A program made the translations under genes and the position numbers. 64,000 nt of DNA from Spirochaetia bacterium (GTDB taxonomy: Bacteria; Spirochaetota; Spirochaetia; CAKZLE01), in NCBI GenBank assembly GCA_963677595.1, contig OY782041.1, positions 1,952,001 to 2,016,000 on the forward strand, in the 5' to 3' direction. This document shows, in pieces, positions 1-10,088 of the stretch; the stretch's first letter is position 1; every line of letters starts with the position of its first letter. Below the pieces are notes generated by a model. The model had not been told where the DNA came from and did no database searches. It was given only the letters and a program-made list of their open reading frames with translations.

Positions 1-163
1 CATAGGTCTCGATGACGGCGGTCTCGATCTCGTCATGCTCCTCCTCGACGATACCCTTGGGCACCATCCAGTGCCCCTTCTTCAGGGAGGTGATGAGGAA
101 GATGTGGAGCTTCCCGTCGATATACTGGTAGGGGATGACCCCGCTCTGTTCATAGAGGTTCAT
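1..163 (-). CDS. NUDIX hydrolase (5' part; runs off window start)
   Basis: Not in ORF track. Manual translation from ATG at 163: MNLYEQSGVIPYQYIDGKLHIFLITSLKKGHWMVPKGIVEEEHDEIETAVIETY.., giving W-x-x-PKG and the start of a Nudix box. The ATG overlaps the CYTH stop (ATGA). Confidence 0.8.
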   Translation of the reverse strand, partial: MNLYEQSGVIPYQYIDGKLHIFLITSLKKGHWMVPKGIVEEEHDEIETAVIETY

Positions 164-636
164 GATCCGCTGTTCCATCCTTGCAAGGCTAAAGCCCGAT
201 TCTTGTAACTTTCTTTTTCCGTGATCTCACAGGAGAGCCAGGAGGGTAATCGCACAGCCTGTGCCTGTTCGGGGGAGGTGAACTCGATCTCTGCCGTGAT
301 GAGCCCCTTGAGTGATTCTTGATAGGCATCGAGTTCAATCAGGTACCCGTCCGCAGGGATCTCGTACCGGTCCTTCTCGATCATGGTACCGATCACACAG
401 GTCCTCAGGTTCTCGTAGGTCTGTCTGTCGATGGCGAACTCATGCTCGTCCCGTACCAGTGACCCAGTACTCTTTTTCGTGAAGAAATACTGTCCCTTGT
501 AGGACCTGATACGCAGCTCGTACTCATCAGTGACGGCAAGGTATCCCTGGGAGATATGGTTCGGGGTGTACGAGCTGAGGGAGAAGGGGATCGATTCGAC
601 ACGGTCGATGAGGAACTTCCGCTCTATCTCTTCCAT
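160..636 (-). CDS. CYTH domain protein (triphosphate tunnel metalloenzyme)
   Basis: N-terminal EIERKFL (ExExK) motif, QGYL, LRIR, IEKDRY, AEIEF, YKNRALA. Start placed at MEEIERK (636). Confidence 0.9.
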   Translation of the reverse strand: MEEIERKFLIDRVESIPFSLSSYTPNHISQGYLAVTDEYELRIRSYKGQYFFTKKSTGSLVRDEHEFAIDRQTYENLRTCVIGTMIEKDRYEIPADGYLIELDAYQESLKGLITAEIEFTSPEQAQAVRLPSWLSCEITEKESYKNRALALQGWNSGS

Positions 637-1370
637 ATGATCGGCTCCATCTCCTTCCACAGCTTCCGGTAGGCAACAGCCCCCTTCGACTTCCCGGCCG
701 AGACGAGGACCGGCTCGCGGTAGAGCCCCATCTTCTCCACATCGGAGCAGTAGGGGATGACTGATGAGAGGGAGTGCTTCCTGCCGGTGAACTCCGCGAT
801 CGTCTGCTTGTGGAGGGACTTGCGCCGGTCCGCCAAGGAGAAGAAGGTATAGAGCATCGACTCGCTGATCCGCTCTCCCTTCATGTGCTTCACTAGTTTC
901 TCATAGGTGAGCTCCGACAGGACCGTCGGGATCATGGGGACGAACATCAGGTCAGAAGCCTCGATGATGTTCTCCGAGAGCAGCGTGATGTTCGGGGGGC
1001 AGTCGAGGATGATCAGGTCATACTCATCCGAGAAGTCGGAGAGCGTCTTCGAGAGCCGCTTCTGTGAGTTCTTCTTCTCGGACAGCTCTATATCGAGCAT
1101 GCGCAGGGAGAGGTCGGAGGGGATCACGTCGAGGCCTGTGAAGTCACTCTCCCGGATGCTCTTCCGCAGGTCCTTCCCGCCCTTGATGAGCTTCGTGCTG
1201 TCGAAGGACTTCTTCGGCCTGACCTTGAGGTAGTAGGAACTCGCGCCCTGCGGGTCAAGGTCGCACAGGAGGGTCCTCTTCCCTGCTTCCGCTGCAAGGT
1301 ATGCGATGTTCACGCAGGAGGCAGTCTTCCCGACCCCTCCCTTGATGCTGTAGAACGCTATGGTCTTCAT
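624..1370 (-). CDS. ParA/Soj/MinD-family ATPase
   Basis: Deviant Walker A KGGVGKT, DLDPQG, ILDCPP; overlaps the CYTH start. Confidence 0.92.
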   Translation of the reverse strand: MKTIAFYSIKGGVGKTASCVNIAYLAAEAGKRTLLCDLDPQGASSYYLKVRPKKSFDSTKLIKGGKDLRKSIRESDFTGLDVIPSDLSLRMLDIELSEKKNSQKRLSKTLSDFSDEYDLIILDCPPNITLLSENIIEASDLMFVPMIPTVLSELTYEKLVKHMKGERISESMLYTFFSLADRRKSLHKQTIAEFTGRKHSLSSVIPYCSDVEKMGLYREPVLVSAGKSKGAVAYRKLWKEMEPIIWKR

Positions 1371-1378
1371 ATTTCCCC

Positions 1379-2863
1379 CTAGGGTGTGATGTGGATCATC
1401 CGGTAGAAGTTCTTCTGCTGCTTCTTCGAGGAGAACCTGCCAAAGGTCTGCTCGAACTCCGGGAAGAACCGGGTCTTCTCTGTCTGGAGTGAGTCTATCA
1501 CCCTGACCGCATGCCCTACCTGCTCCTGTTGTGCACCATGTGAGGCCAGGTACTGACTGAACTGTTCCATATAGGCAATATGGACACAGAGGTCGTTGAA
1601 GTTCCCGAGCAGGTCCTGCAGGCTCTTCATGGTGATGAGCAGCTTCTCCATCGGTTCGGGATCGAAGAGGCTGCTGGTGAACATCAGCATGTAGCGGAGC
1701 TTCTTGCAGTCCTTGCGCAGGGTGTGGATCCTCTCCTCCCTCGTCGCATGCGTGATCGCGTTCCCGTCCTCCAGGATCTGTTCATAGAGGGCTTTCAACC
1801 GCTTCCGGGCAAACGGGAGGAACGGCTTGTCACCTTTTGCCCTGCAGAGGTTCTTCGTCTCCTCGGTGAGCAGCTGTTCCCAGGCATCGCACTCGGCCTG
1901 GTAATCGATGCTCTCGAGGCGGGAGACCAGGTGCTTCTGGTCACTCCTCCTGGCCCTCTTCAGGTAGGTGATGAAGGGTTTGAGCTCCGTTTCCTCGAAC
2001 CCGGAGAAGAGCTCATGCGTCCCGAGGTTCCCCAGGAAGACATCCAGGTCACGTACCGGGGTGGTCTCCGTCCCGAGCAGCTTGAAGAAGCGCGAGAACC
2101 GCTTGAACTTACCACGCTTGATGATCGGGCGGAACTGGTCGAAGGCCACGCGGGTCTTCCTGATGCTGACGCGGTAGTCATGCAGGAACTCCGTATCGAA
2201 CTCCCCGATGACCCCGAACTCGTTTCCCCGGATGAACCGGATGAGGGTGGTGCAGATATGGGTGAAAGCATCGTTGATGCTCACCTCGGCATGTACGGTG
2301 AATGCCGGGACAGCTTGGCAGGATATGAGCTGCTCCATGGCAGCCATCCTCCAGGCAGCTTCTGATACCGTCTCAATGAGGCTTCCAGCCTCCACGATCT
2401 TGCCTTCCGACTTCCGGTAGCCCCTGAGCGGCTCGATGGAGATGGCCGTCGAGCCTTCTGCTTCACAGAGAGCGAGCCTGCAGACGATCTTCCCGTCGCG
2501 GTTTGAGTAGGTCCCGCTCCGTACGGTATAGGAGATCGAGCCGATGTGCAGCAGTACCCGGTCACCGATCTCAGGGGGTATCCTCCCTTGGATCTCCCCA
2601 GGGAGCCGTGCAGGCGGCAGGACTGAGGGGTCAGGCGGCAGCCTGAGGGAGCCCGACATCAACTCTTCACCGGTGTCGGTGCGGTAGAGGACTGCAGTCT
2701 TATCCACCAGTGCAAGCTGCAGGTCCTGTGCAGCCAGACTCCCGATGAAGGTGTCATAGATCTCCTGGTGGGACGACTGCGGCCTCTCCCAGCTGAAGCT
2801 CCCCTTCAGTGAGGAGGTGATCTCATCAAGCTGTTTCCCTTTCGGGAGGGTATACCATGACAC
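1379..2863 (-). CDS. CHAD domain protein (polyphosphate-binding) with N-terminal extension
   Basis: EFLHDYRVSIRKTR, RDLDVF, IHTLRKDCKKLRY and LQDLLGNFND are CHAD His/Arg/Lys motifs. Confidence 0.9.
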   Translation of the reverse strand: MSWYTLPKGKQLDEITSSLKGSFSWERPQSSHQEIYDTFIGSLAAQDLQLALVDKTAVLYRTDTGEELMSGSLRLPPDPSVLPPARLPGEIQGRIPPEIGDRVLLHIGSISYTVRSGTYSNRDGKIVCRLALCEAEGSTAISIEPLRGYRKSEGKIVEAGSLIETVSEAAWRMAAMEQLISCQAVPAFTVHAEVSINDAFTHICTTLIRFIRGNEFGVIGEFDTEFLHDYRVSIRKTRVAFDQFRPIIKRGKFKRFSRFFKLLGTETTPVRDLDVFLGNLGTHELFSGFEETELKPFITYLKRARRSDQKHLVSRLESIDYQAECDAWEQLLTEETKNLCRAKGDKPFLPFARKRLKALYEQILEDGNAITHATREERIHTLRKDCKKLRYMLMFTSSLFDPEPMEKLLITMKSLQDLLGNFNDLCVHIAYMEQFSQYLASHGAQQEQVGHAVRVIDSLQTEKTRFFPEFEQTFGRFSSKKQQKNFYRMIHITP

Positions 2864-2866
2864 GCC

Positions 2867-4948
2867 CTACGCACCCCCTGACTTCTGCTTTGACAGCCGT
2901 GCGAACATCTCGTAGAGGTCATGCTGGGCCCGCACCTCCCCTTCCTCCCCGGTATGGAGCGGGGTATTGAAGGTCTCAGAATTGAGGGAGTAGGAGGAGT
3001 AGGTGTCGTCGATATGGTACTGCAGGTAGGTGAAGAGCTCCTCCTTCACACCCTGGTCGTAGATCGGGGTCAGGACCTCTACACGGTTGTCGAGGTTCCG
3101 CACCATCATGTCGGCAGAGCCGATGAGGACCACCGGGTCGCCGTCATTCTCGAAGGAGAAGATCCTCGTGTGCTCGAGGTAGCGGTCGATCATCGCCTTG
3201 GCGACGATCTTGTGGTGGGCGGAATCATCGAGGGTCGTGGTCATGGAGAAGATACCGCGGATGAGGAGGATGATCTCCACCTTCTCCTGTGCGGCCTTGA
3301 TCAGGTGCCTGATCATCTTCTCGTCGACGAGGTTGTTGATCTTCAGGATGATCTTCGCAGGTTTCCCCCTCCTGGCATTGGCGATCTCGTTCTTGATCAG
3401 CTTGACCAACTGCTTCCTCGTGTAGAAGGGGGAGACGATCAGGGACTTGAACTTCGGTTCGTAGAAGGTGTTCGAGAGGAGTTTGAAGACCCGGTTCGCC
3501 TCGCTGGTGAGGCTGTGGTCTGCGGTCATGAGGATATGGTCGGTATAGAGCCGGGCTGTCGACTCGTTATAGTTCCCAGTCCCGATCAGCGCGATACGGC
3601 GTCTCTCCTTGCCGATGTACCGGCTGATGACGCAGATTTTGCTGTGGATCTTGAACCCCTCGACGCCCCCGAGCAGCGTGATGTTCGGTTCCCGGGAGAG
3701 CTTCTCGGTCCAGTACATGTTGTGCTTCTCGTCGAAGCGGGCTTGGAGCTCGATGAAGATCGTGATCTTCTTCCCGTTCCGTGCAGCGTTCCTGAGGGCG
3801 TTGATGACGCTCGAGTCCTCGGCGACCCGGTAGAGGGTGATCTTGATCGACTTGACATAGGGGTCGAGTGCCGCCTCCCGCAGGAGGTCGATGACATAGT
3901 CATACCGCTGGTAGGGAAGGTGGAGCATATAGTCCTTGGCAAGGATCTGCTCGATGAGGCTCCTCTCGAGGGAGAGTTCCGGGTGGTCCACCGGCGGCTG
4001 GGCCCGGTAGTAGAGCTCCTTCCTCCTGATCTTCGGGAAAGAGATCATGTCGCGGGCGTTATGGTACCGGCCCCCGACCATGATATTGTCACAGTCGGTG
4101 AAGTCAGCATGCTCCCTGAGGTACTCGAAGAGCTCTGAGGGCATGTCCCGGTCATATACCACCCGGACGGGGACCCCCATCTTTCGCTGCCTGATCGAGG
4201 AGCTGAGCTTCTCGTAGAGGCTCTTGGTGACCATCTCGGCCAGGTCATATTCGGCATCCCGGGTGATCTTGATCGTGTAGGCCTTGTAGCTGTCGTAGTC
4301 AAGGGTGTTGAAGATCTCCCCGAGGTGCAGCCTGATGACATCCTCGAGGATGATGAAGTAGTCCTTATTGTTCTTCGAGGGGATCCTGATGTACCGCGGC
4401 AGCATGTCAGTAGGCACCTCGATGATCGCATAGCGGTGGGGTTTGTCAGAGCCGCGGGAGTACATGTCTACGGCAAGGTAGATGCTGACATGCTTGAGAT
4501 AGGGCATGGGGAGCTCGGGGTCGAGCAGGATCGGGAAGAGCCGGTTCCTCACATGACTGGTGAAGTAGGAGTCGACGAACTGCTTCTGCAGGATGGAGAT
4601 GGTATGGTCATCCACGATGAAGATGCTGTTCTGCCGGCACTCCCTCATGACAGTCGTGAATACCGCATCGACCCGGTCGCTCAGGTCCTGGACCCGTTTG
4701 AGGATATCGCGGATCAGCTTCTTCGGCTTGATCCCTGGAGGGGCTGGATGGTTGGCCGGGTCGAGGATCATCCGGTTCAGGGAGCCGACCCTCACTGAGT
4801 AGAACTCATCGAGGTTCGATGAGAAGATCCCGATGAACTTGAGCCGCTCCATGAGGGGGGTGTGCGGGTTCTCTGCCGCGAGGAGGACCCTCTCGTTGAA
4901 GCTCAGCCACCTGAGCTCCCGGTTCACGAACACTTCCTGCCGTCTCAT
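2867..4948 (-). CDS. ppk1: Polyphosphate kinase 1
   Basis: NRELRWLSFNERVL, SNLDEFYSVRV, ELQARFDE, KIHSK (phospho-His region), RYLEHTRI, SADMMVRNLDNRVE. Alternative GTG start at 4954. Confidence 0.96.
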   Translation of the reverse strand: MRRQEVFVNRELRWLSFNERVLLAAENPHTPLMERLKFIGIFSSNLDEFYSVRVGSLNRMILDPANHPAPPGIKPKKLIRDILKRVQDLSDRVDAVFTTVMRECRQNSIFIVDDHTISILQKQFVDSYFTSHVRNRLFPILLDPELPMPYLKHVSIYLAVDMYSRGSDKPHRYAIIEVPTDMLPRYIRIPSKNNKDYFIILEDVIRLHLGEIFNTLDYDSYKAYTIKITRDAEYDLAEMVTKSLYEKLSSSIRQRKMGVPVRVVYDRDMPSELFEYLREHADFTDCDNIMVGGRYHNARDMISFPKIRRKELYYRAQPPVDHPELSLERSLIEQILAKDYMLHLPYQRYDYVIDLLREAALDPYVKSIKITLYRVAEDSSVINALRNAARNGKKITIFIELQARFDEKHNMYWTEKLSREPNITLLGGVEGFKIHSKICVISRYIGKERRRIALIGTGNYNESTARLYTDHILMTADHSLTSEANRVFKLLSNTFYEPKFKSLIVSPFYTRKQLVKLIKNEIANARRGKPAKIILKINNLVDEKMIRHLIKAAQEKVEIILLIRGIFSMTTTLDDSAHHKIVAKAMIDRYLEHTRIFSFENDGDPVVLIGSADMMVRNLDNRVEVLTPIYDQGVKEELFTYLQYHIDDTYSSYSLNSETFNTPLHTGEEGEVRAQHDLYEMFARLSKQKSGGA

Positions 4949-4981
4949 ATACACCTCGTCTTTACCTGGGTTATATGGACT

Positions 4982-5048
4982 ATTATAACATCAAGTGCTC
5001 GAAGGGGTCACAGCAGAGGGCGTTACCTCTGTTAGATATCGGTTAAAA
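4982..5048 (-). promoter_or_regulatory. Putative ppk1 operon promoter (extended -10) with possible Pho-box-like repeat
   Basis: Minus strand reads TGtTATAAT (TATAAT at 4987-4982); upstream TTTAACCG-ATA-TCTAACAG has an 11-bp period. Confidence 0.45.
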
Positions 5049-5058
5049 ATGTGAGAAT

Positions 5059-6903
<1,845 letters not shown>

Positions 6904-7043
6904 AAATTTAAACCTTCCCTGACATTCTATGTCCGTTGAGACGGTACCCTGTTCGACGGCCCAATAGCAAGAGGGAAGGGCTGTTCCTGTAAGAAATAAT
7001 GGGTAATTCTTCTGACTTCCAGCGTTCGGTTCATTGATTAATG

Positions 7044-7118
7044 TTAGAAATATATCTAATAAATATAAAAAAAGATTGACAGATTTAATACATAGATATA
7101 TATTAGAAACAGATCTAA
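7044..7118 (+). promoter_or_regulatory. sigma70 promoter flanked by two TTAGA-N6-TCTAA palindromic operators
   Basis: TTGACA 7076-7081, 17-nt spacer, TATATT 7099-7104; palindromes at 7044-7059 and 7103-7118. Confidence 0.7.
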
Positions 7119-7165
7119 CAAAAAAGATTGTTAGTTAGATATATTTATTGCATGAGGAGGCTGTC

Positions 7166-7312
7166 ATGTATTATACTTATCAGGAGATTGCCTGTATGTC
7201 GCGGGGAAAGGCAGAACAACTGCGGTGCCTGTCCTGCAGGAAGCGCACCTCTGGTACGAGGCACCTGCTCCACGTGTTGGCAGTACTGTTCGTATCCCGC
7301 AGAACCAAGTAG
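7166..7312 (+). CDS. Small ORF / putative leader peptide, 48 aa (MYYTYQEIACMSRGKAEQLRCLSCRKRTSGTRHLLHVLAVLFVSRRTK)
   Basis: Strong SD GAGGAGG 5 nt before ATG 7166, directly downstream of the promoter; TAG stop abuts the SD of the next gene; below the ORF-track cutoff. Confidence 0.6.
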   Translation: MYYTYQEIACMSRGKAEQLRCLSCRKRTSGTRHLLHVLAVLFVSRRTK

Positions 7313-7323
7313 AAGGAGTCCCT

Positions 7324-8379
7324 ATGAGCGACCAATCACCGAGATTCACCCTGGAAGTAGAGAAGAATATGGCGATGGAACTGATCTATGCAGCCTACAG
7401 CACTGCCACCCTCGAGAGCCTCTCTATTTCCCCGCCGTATGATGCCTGCGGGAAGTACACGCAGGCATGGCTGCAGAACATTGATGAGACGATCTCGCCC
7501 TTCGAGCGTCATGACCTGCAGCTGGTATTCTCCACGGCGGCCACGGGGGTCTTCCTCTTCTACCTGGTCATCTCCGGTAACCTTACTGATACCGAAGGGC
7601 TGATCAGGGTACTGCATGAACTCAGCGAGGAGGACTTCATCAAAGGCTTCAGGAATGTCATACGGGTGGATGATACGGTCGAGGACTGGATCAATACCGC
7701 CGAGGTCATCAAGGCCTTCGAGAAGGACTGGATGGAACTCAGGCTGGACTTCGACAAGGAGGCAGCAGCCCTGGTGGCCCTGCTGAAGACCCCCTCCTAT
7801 TTCAAGGTGCGGCTCGAGGAGGTCCTCGGCTGGTTCAGCGAACGTTACATCCTCCCTTTCTCTGAGGGCATAGGGCAGCGGGTCGATGACCATATCGCGG
7901 CGTACCGGCAGGTCATGGCGGAGGACCCGGGCTACGTCGTCGACCGGCTGACGAACGGGAATGCCGAGGTTGTCGCCCAACAGAATCACCGCATCATCCT
8001 CTACCCGGTAGCGCTGAACACCCGCGATATTTCTATCTTCATGCCCGGGCTTGTCTATATGGTATACGGCGTCGACCATGCCCGGAAGCTGCTGGACTCC
8101 AGCATCGAGGAACGGACCGATGAGCTCGTCAAGGCGATCTCGGACCCGAAGCGCATGCAGATCCTGCGCCTGCTCAAAGGCAGGGCCTGGTACAGCCGGG
8201 AGATCGCCGGGGAGCTGGGGCTCACCCCGGCAACGGTCTCCTACCATATAGACCTGCTCTTCCAGGCAGGTCTGATCAAGTTCGATAAGCCTGAGGGAAG
8301 GAGGTTCTACTACAACCTCAACGAGAAGGGGATGGCTGAACTGATCGATTGCCTGAAGGAAGAGTTTGTTGATCGTTAA
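7324..8379 (+). CDS. Transcriptional regulator with large N-terminal domain and C-terminal ArsR/SmtB winged HTH
   Basis: C-terminal KAISDPKRMQILRLL..EIAGELGLTPATVSYHIDLLFQAGLI..RRFYY; SD AAGGAG before ATG 7324. Confidence 0.85.
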   Translation: MSDQSPRFTLEVEKNMAMELIYAAYSTATLESLSISPPYDACGKYTQAWLQNIDETISPFERHDLQLVFSTAATGVFLFYLVISGNLTDTEGLIRVLHELSEEDFIKGFRNVIRVDDTVEDWINTAEVIKAFEKDWMELRLDFDKEAAALVALLKTPSYFKVRLEEVLGWFSERYILPFSEGIGQRVDDHIAAYRQVMAEDPGYVVDRLTNGNAEVVAQQNHRIILYPVALNTRDISIFMPGLVYMVYGVDHARKLLDSSIEERTDELVKAISDPKRMQILRLLKGRAWYSREIAGELGLTPATVSYHIDLLFQAGLIKFDKPEGRRFYYNLNEKGMAELIDCLKEEFVDR

Positions 8380-8424
8380 TATGTAAATATCTGTATATAT
8401 ATACAAAAAAAATGCAAAAAAGGT

Positions 8425-8453
8425 TTGTCATGTTGGTGATTCCACAGTATAGT
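8425..8453 (+). promoter_or_regulatory. sigma70 promoter for the lyase gene
   Basis: TTGTCA-N17-TATAGT preceded by an A-rich tract. Confidence 0.6.
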
Positions 8454-8493
8454 CATAGGAGGTATCTTTATAACATAACGAGGAGTCAAAGAC

Positions 8494-9963
8494 ATGAGCG
8501 AAACATATACCCCAACGGAGATGGTGAAATTCTACAATGGGGAAAACATCCCCCTCGAGCTGCACAAGGTGCGGGTCGTGCAGAAGCTGCACCTCCTGCC
8601 GATCGAGCAGCGGCTTGAGGCGATAGAGAAGGCAGGCTACAACAGCTTCCTGCTGAACACGACGACCACCTTCTTAGACATGCTCACCGATTCAGGCTGT
8701 AATGCCATGAGCGACCGGCAGACAGCTGCCATGATGGTGGCAGACGATGCCTATGCGGGCAGCCAGAGCTACGACAGGATGGAGAAGCAGGTGCTCTCCA
8801 TGTTCGGCAAGGAGTATATCCTTCCCGTCCACCAGGGACGTGCGGCAGAGAACATCGTCGGACAGGCCTTCATCTCCGAGGGCGACCACATCCCGATGAA
8901 CTACCACTTCACCACGACCAAGGCCCACTTCGAGATCAACGGCGGTACGCTCCATGAGATCTACACCGACGAGGCGCTCGTGATCCGGAGCAGCCACCCA
9001 TTCAAGGGCAACATGGATATCGACCGACTCAAGGGAGTCATCAAGGAGTACGGTGCCGAGCACATCCCCTTCATCAGGCTCGAGGCATCGACCAACCTCA
9101 TCGGCGGCCAGCCCTTCTCCATGCAGAACATGCGGGACGTCCGTGCCGTGGCTGACGAGGCAGGGATCATGATCGTCCTCGATGCATCACTCATCGGGGA
9201 GAACGCATGGTTCATCAAGCAGCGTGAGGCAGGCTATGCAGAGAAGACCATGGGCGAGATCATCCGTGAGATGTCAGACCTCGTGGACCTCGTCTACTTC
9301 TCGGCACGTAAGCTCTCATCGAGCCGCGGCGGCGTCATCTGTACCGCCCGGGAAGACCTCTATGACAAGATGCGTGACCTCGTACCCCTCTTCGAGGGAT
9401 TCCTCACCTACGGCGGTATGTCCGTCCGTGAGATCGAGGCGATGGCGGTCGGTCTTGAGGAGACCCTCGATAACCAGATGATCTGCCAGTCCCCCTCCTT
9501 CATCGACTACTTCGTCAGGAAGGTGGACTCTCTCGGCATCCCGGTCGTGACCCCGGGCGGGGCGCTCGGTGCCCATATCGACGCAGGTTCCTTCCTCTCC
9601 CACCTCCCGCAGGAGGTATACCCTGCAGGAGCCCTCGTTTCAGCCTTCTACCTGATCTCAGGCTGCCGGGGAATGGAACGGGGTACGGTCAGTTCCGTAC
9701 GACTCGAGGACGGGAGCGACCTCCTCGCCGATGTCGAGCTGATGCGGCTCGCCTTCCCGCGAAGGGTGTTCACGCTAAGCCAGGTCGAGTACGCGATTGA
9801 CCGGCTGAAGTGGCTCTATGATAACAGGGAGCTCGTCGGCGGTCTCGAGTGGGACAAGGAGCCGGCAGTACTCAGGTTCTTCGTCGGACGGCTCAAACCC
9901 ATCGGCGACTGGCCGCAGAAGCTCATGGCAAAGTTCAGGGAAGATTTCGGAGACAGTCTCTAA
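8494..9963 (+). CDS. PLP-dependent beta-eliminating lyase, tyrosine phenol-lyase/tryptophanase family (TPL-like signatures)
   Basis: DMLTDSG, DDAYAGS, HQGRAAE, FTTT, SARK (PLP Lys region), TYGGM, MERG, RLAFPRRV, LRFF. Confidence 0.88.
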   Translation: MSETYTPTEMVKFYNGENIPLELHKVRVVQKLHLLPIEQRLEAIEKAGYNSFLLNTTTTFLDMLTDSGCNAMSDRQTAAMMVADDAYAGSQSYDRMEKQVLSMFGKEYILPVHQGRAAENIVGQAFISEGDHIPMNYHFTTTKAHFEINGGTLHEIYTDEALVIRSSHPFKGNMDIDRLKGVIKEYGAEHIPFIRLEASTNLIGGQPFSMQNMRDVRAVADEAGIMIVLDASLIGENAWFIKQREAGYAEKTMGEIIREMSDLVDLVYFSARKLSSSRGGVICTAREDLYDKMRDLVPLFEGFLTYGGMSVREIEAMAVGLEETLDNQMICQSPSFIDYFVRKVDSLGIPVVTPGGALGAHIDAGSFLSHLPQEVYPAGALVSAFYLISGCRGMERGTVSSVRLEDGSDLLADVELMRLAFPRRVFTLSQVEYAIDRLKWLYDNRELVGGLEWDKEPAVLRFFVGRLKPIGDWPQKLMAKFREDFGDSL

Positions 9964-9989
9964 GAGATTTTTATTCCTCAATCGTATCA

Positions 9990-10018
9990 GGTGCCGGGTT
10001 CCCGGCACCGTTTTTTTT
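9990..10018 (+). terminator. Rho-independent terminator
   Basis: GGTGCCGG-GTTC-CCGGCACC followed by T8. Confidence 0.9.
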
Positions 10019-10088
10019 CGGGTAAAAGCTGTAGGTGGGAGCCGATGTGTCTGCTATACTAGTAGAGTGCGCAGGCAGGGAGGAACGG

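Noticed and set aside
7173-7300. Resemblance to a SAM-I riboswitch (TTATCAGGAG..GGTGCC..TCCTGCAG) or SRP RNA (CAGGAAGC)
   Set aside because: GCAACC, the kink-turn and the closing P1 strand are missing and the SRP core does not match; an SD-led ORF explains the region better. An Infernal/Rfam scan would settle it.
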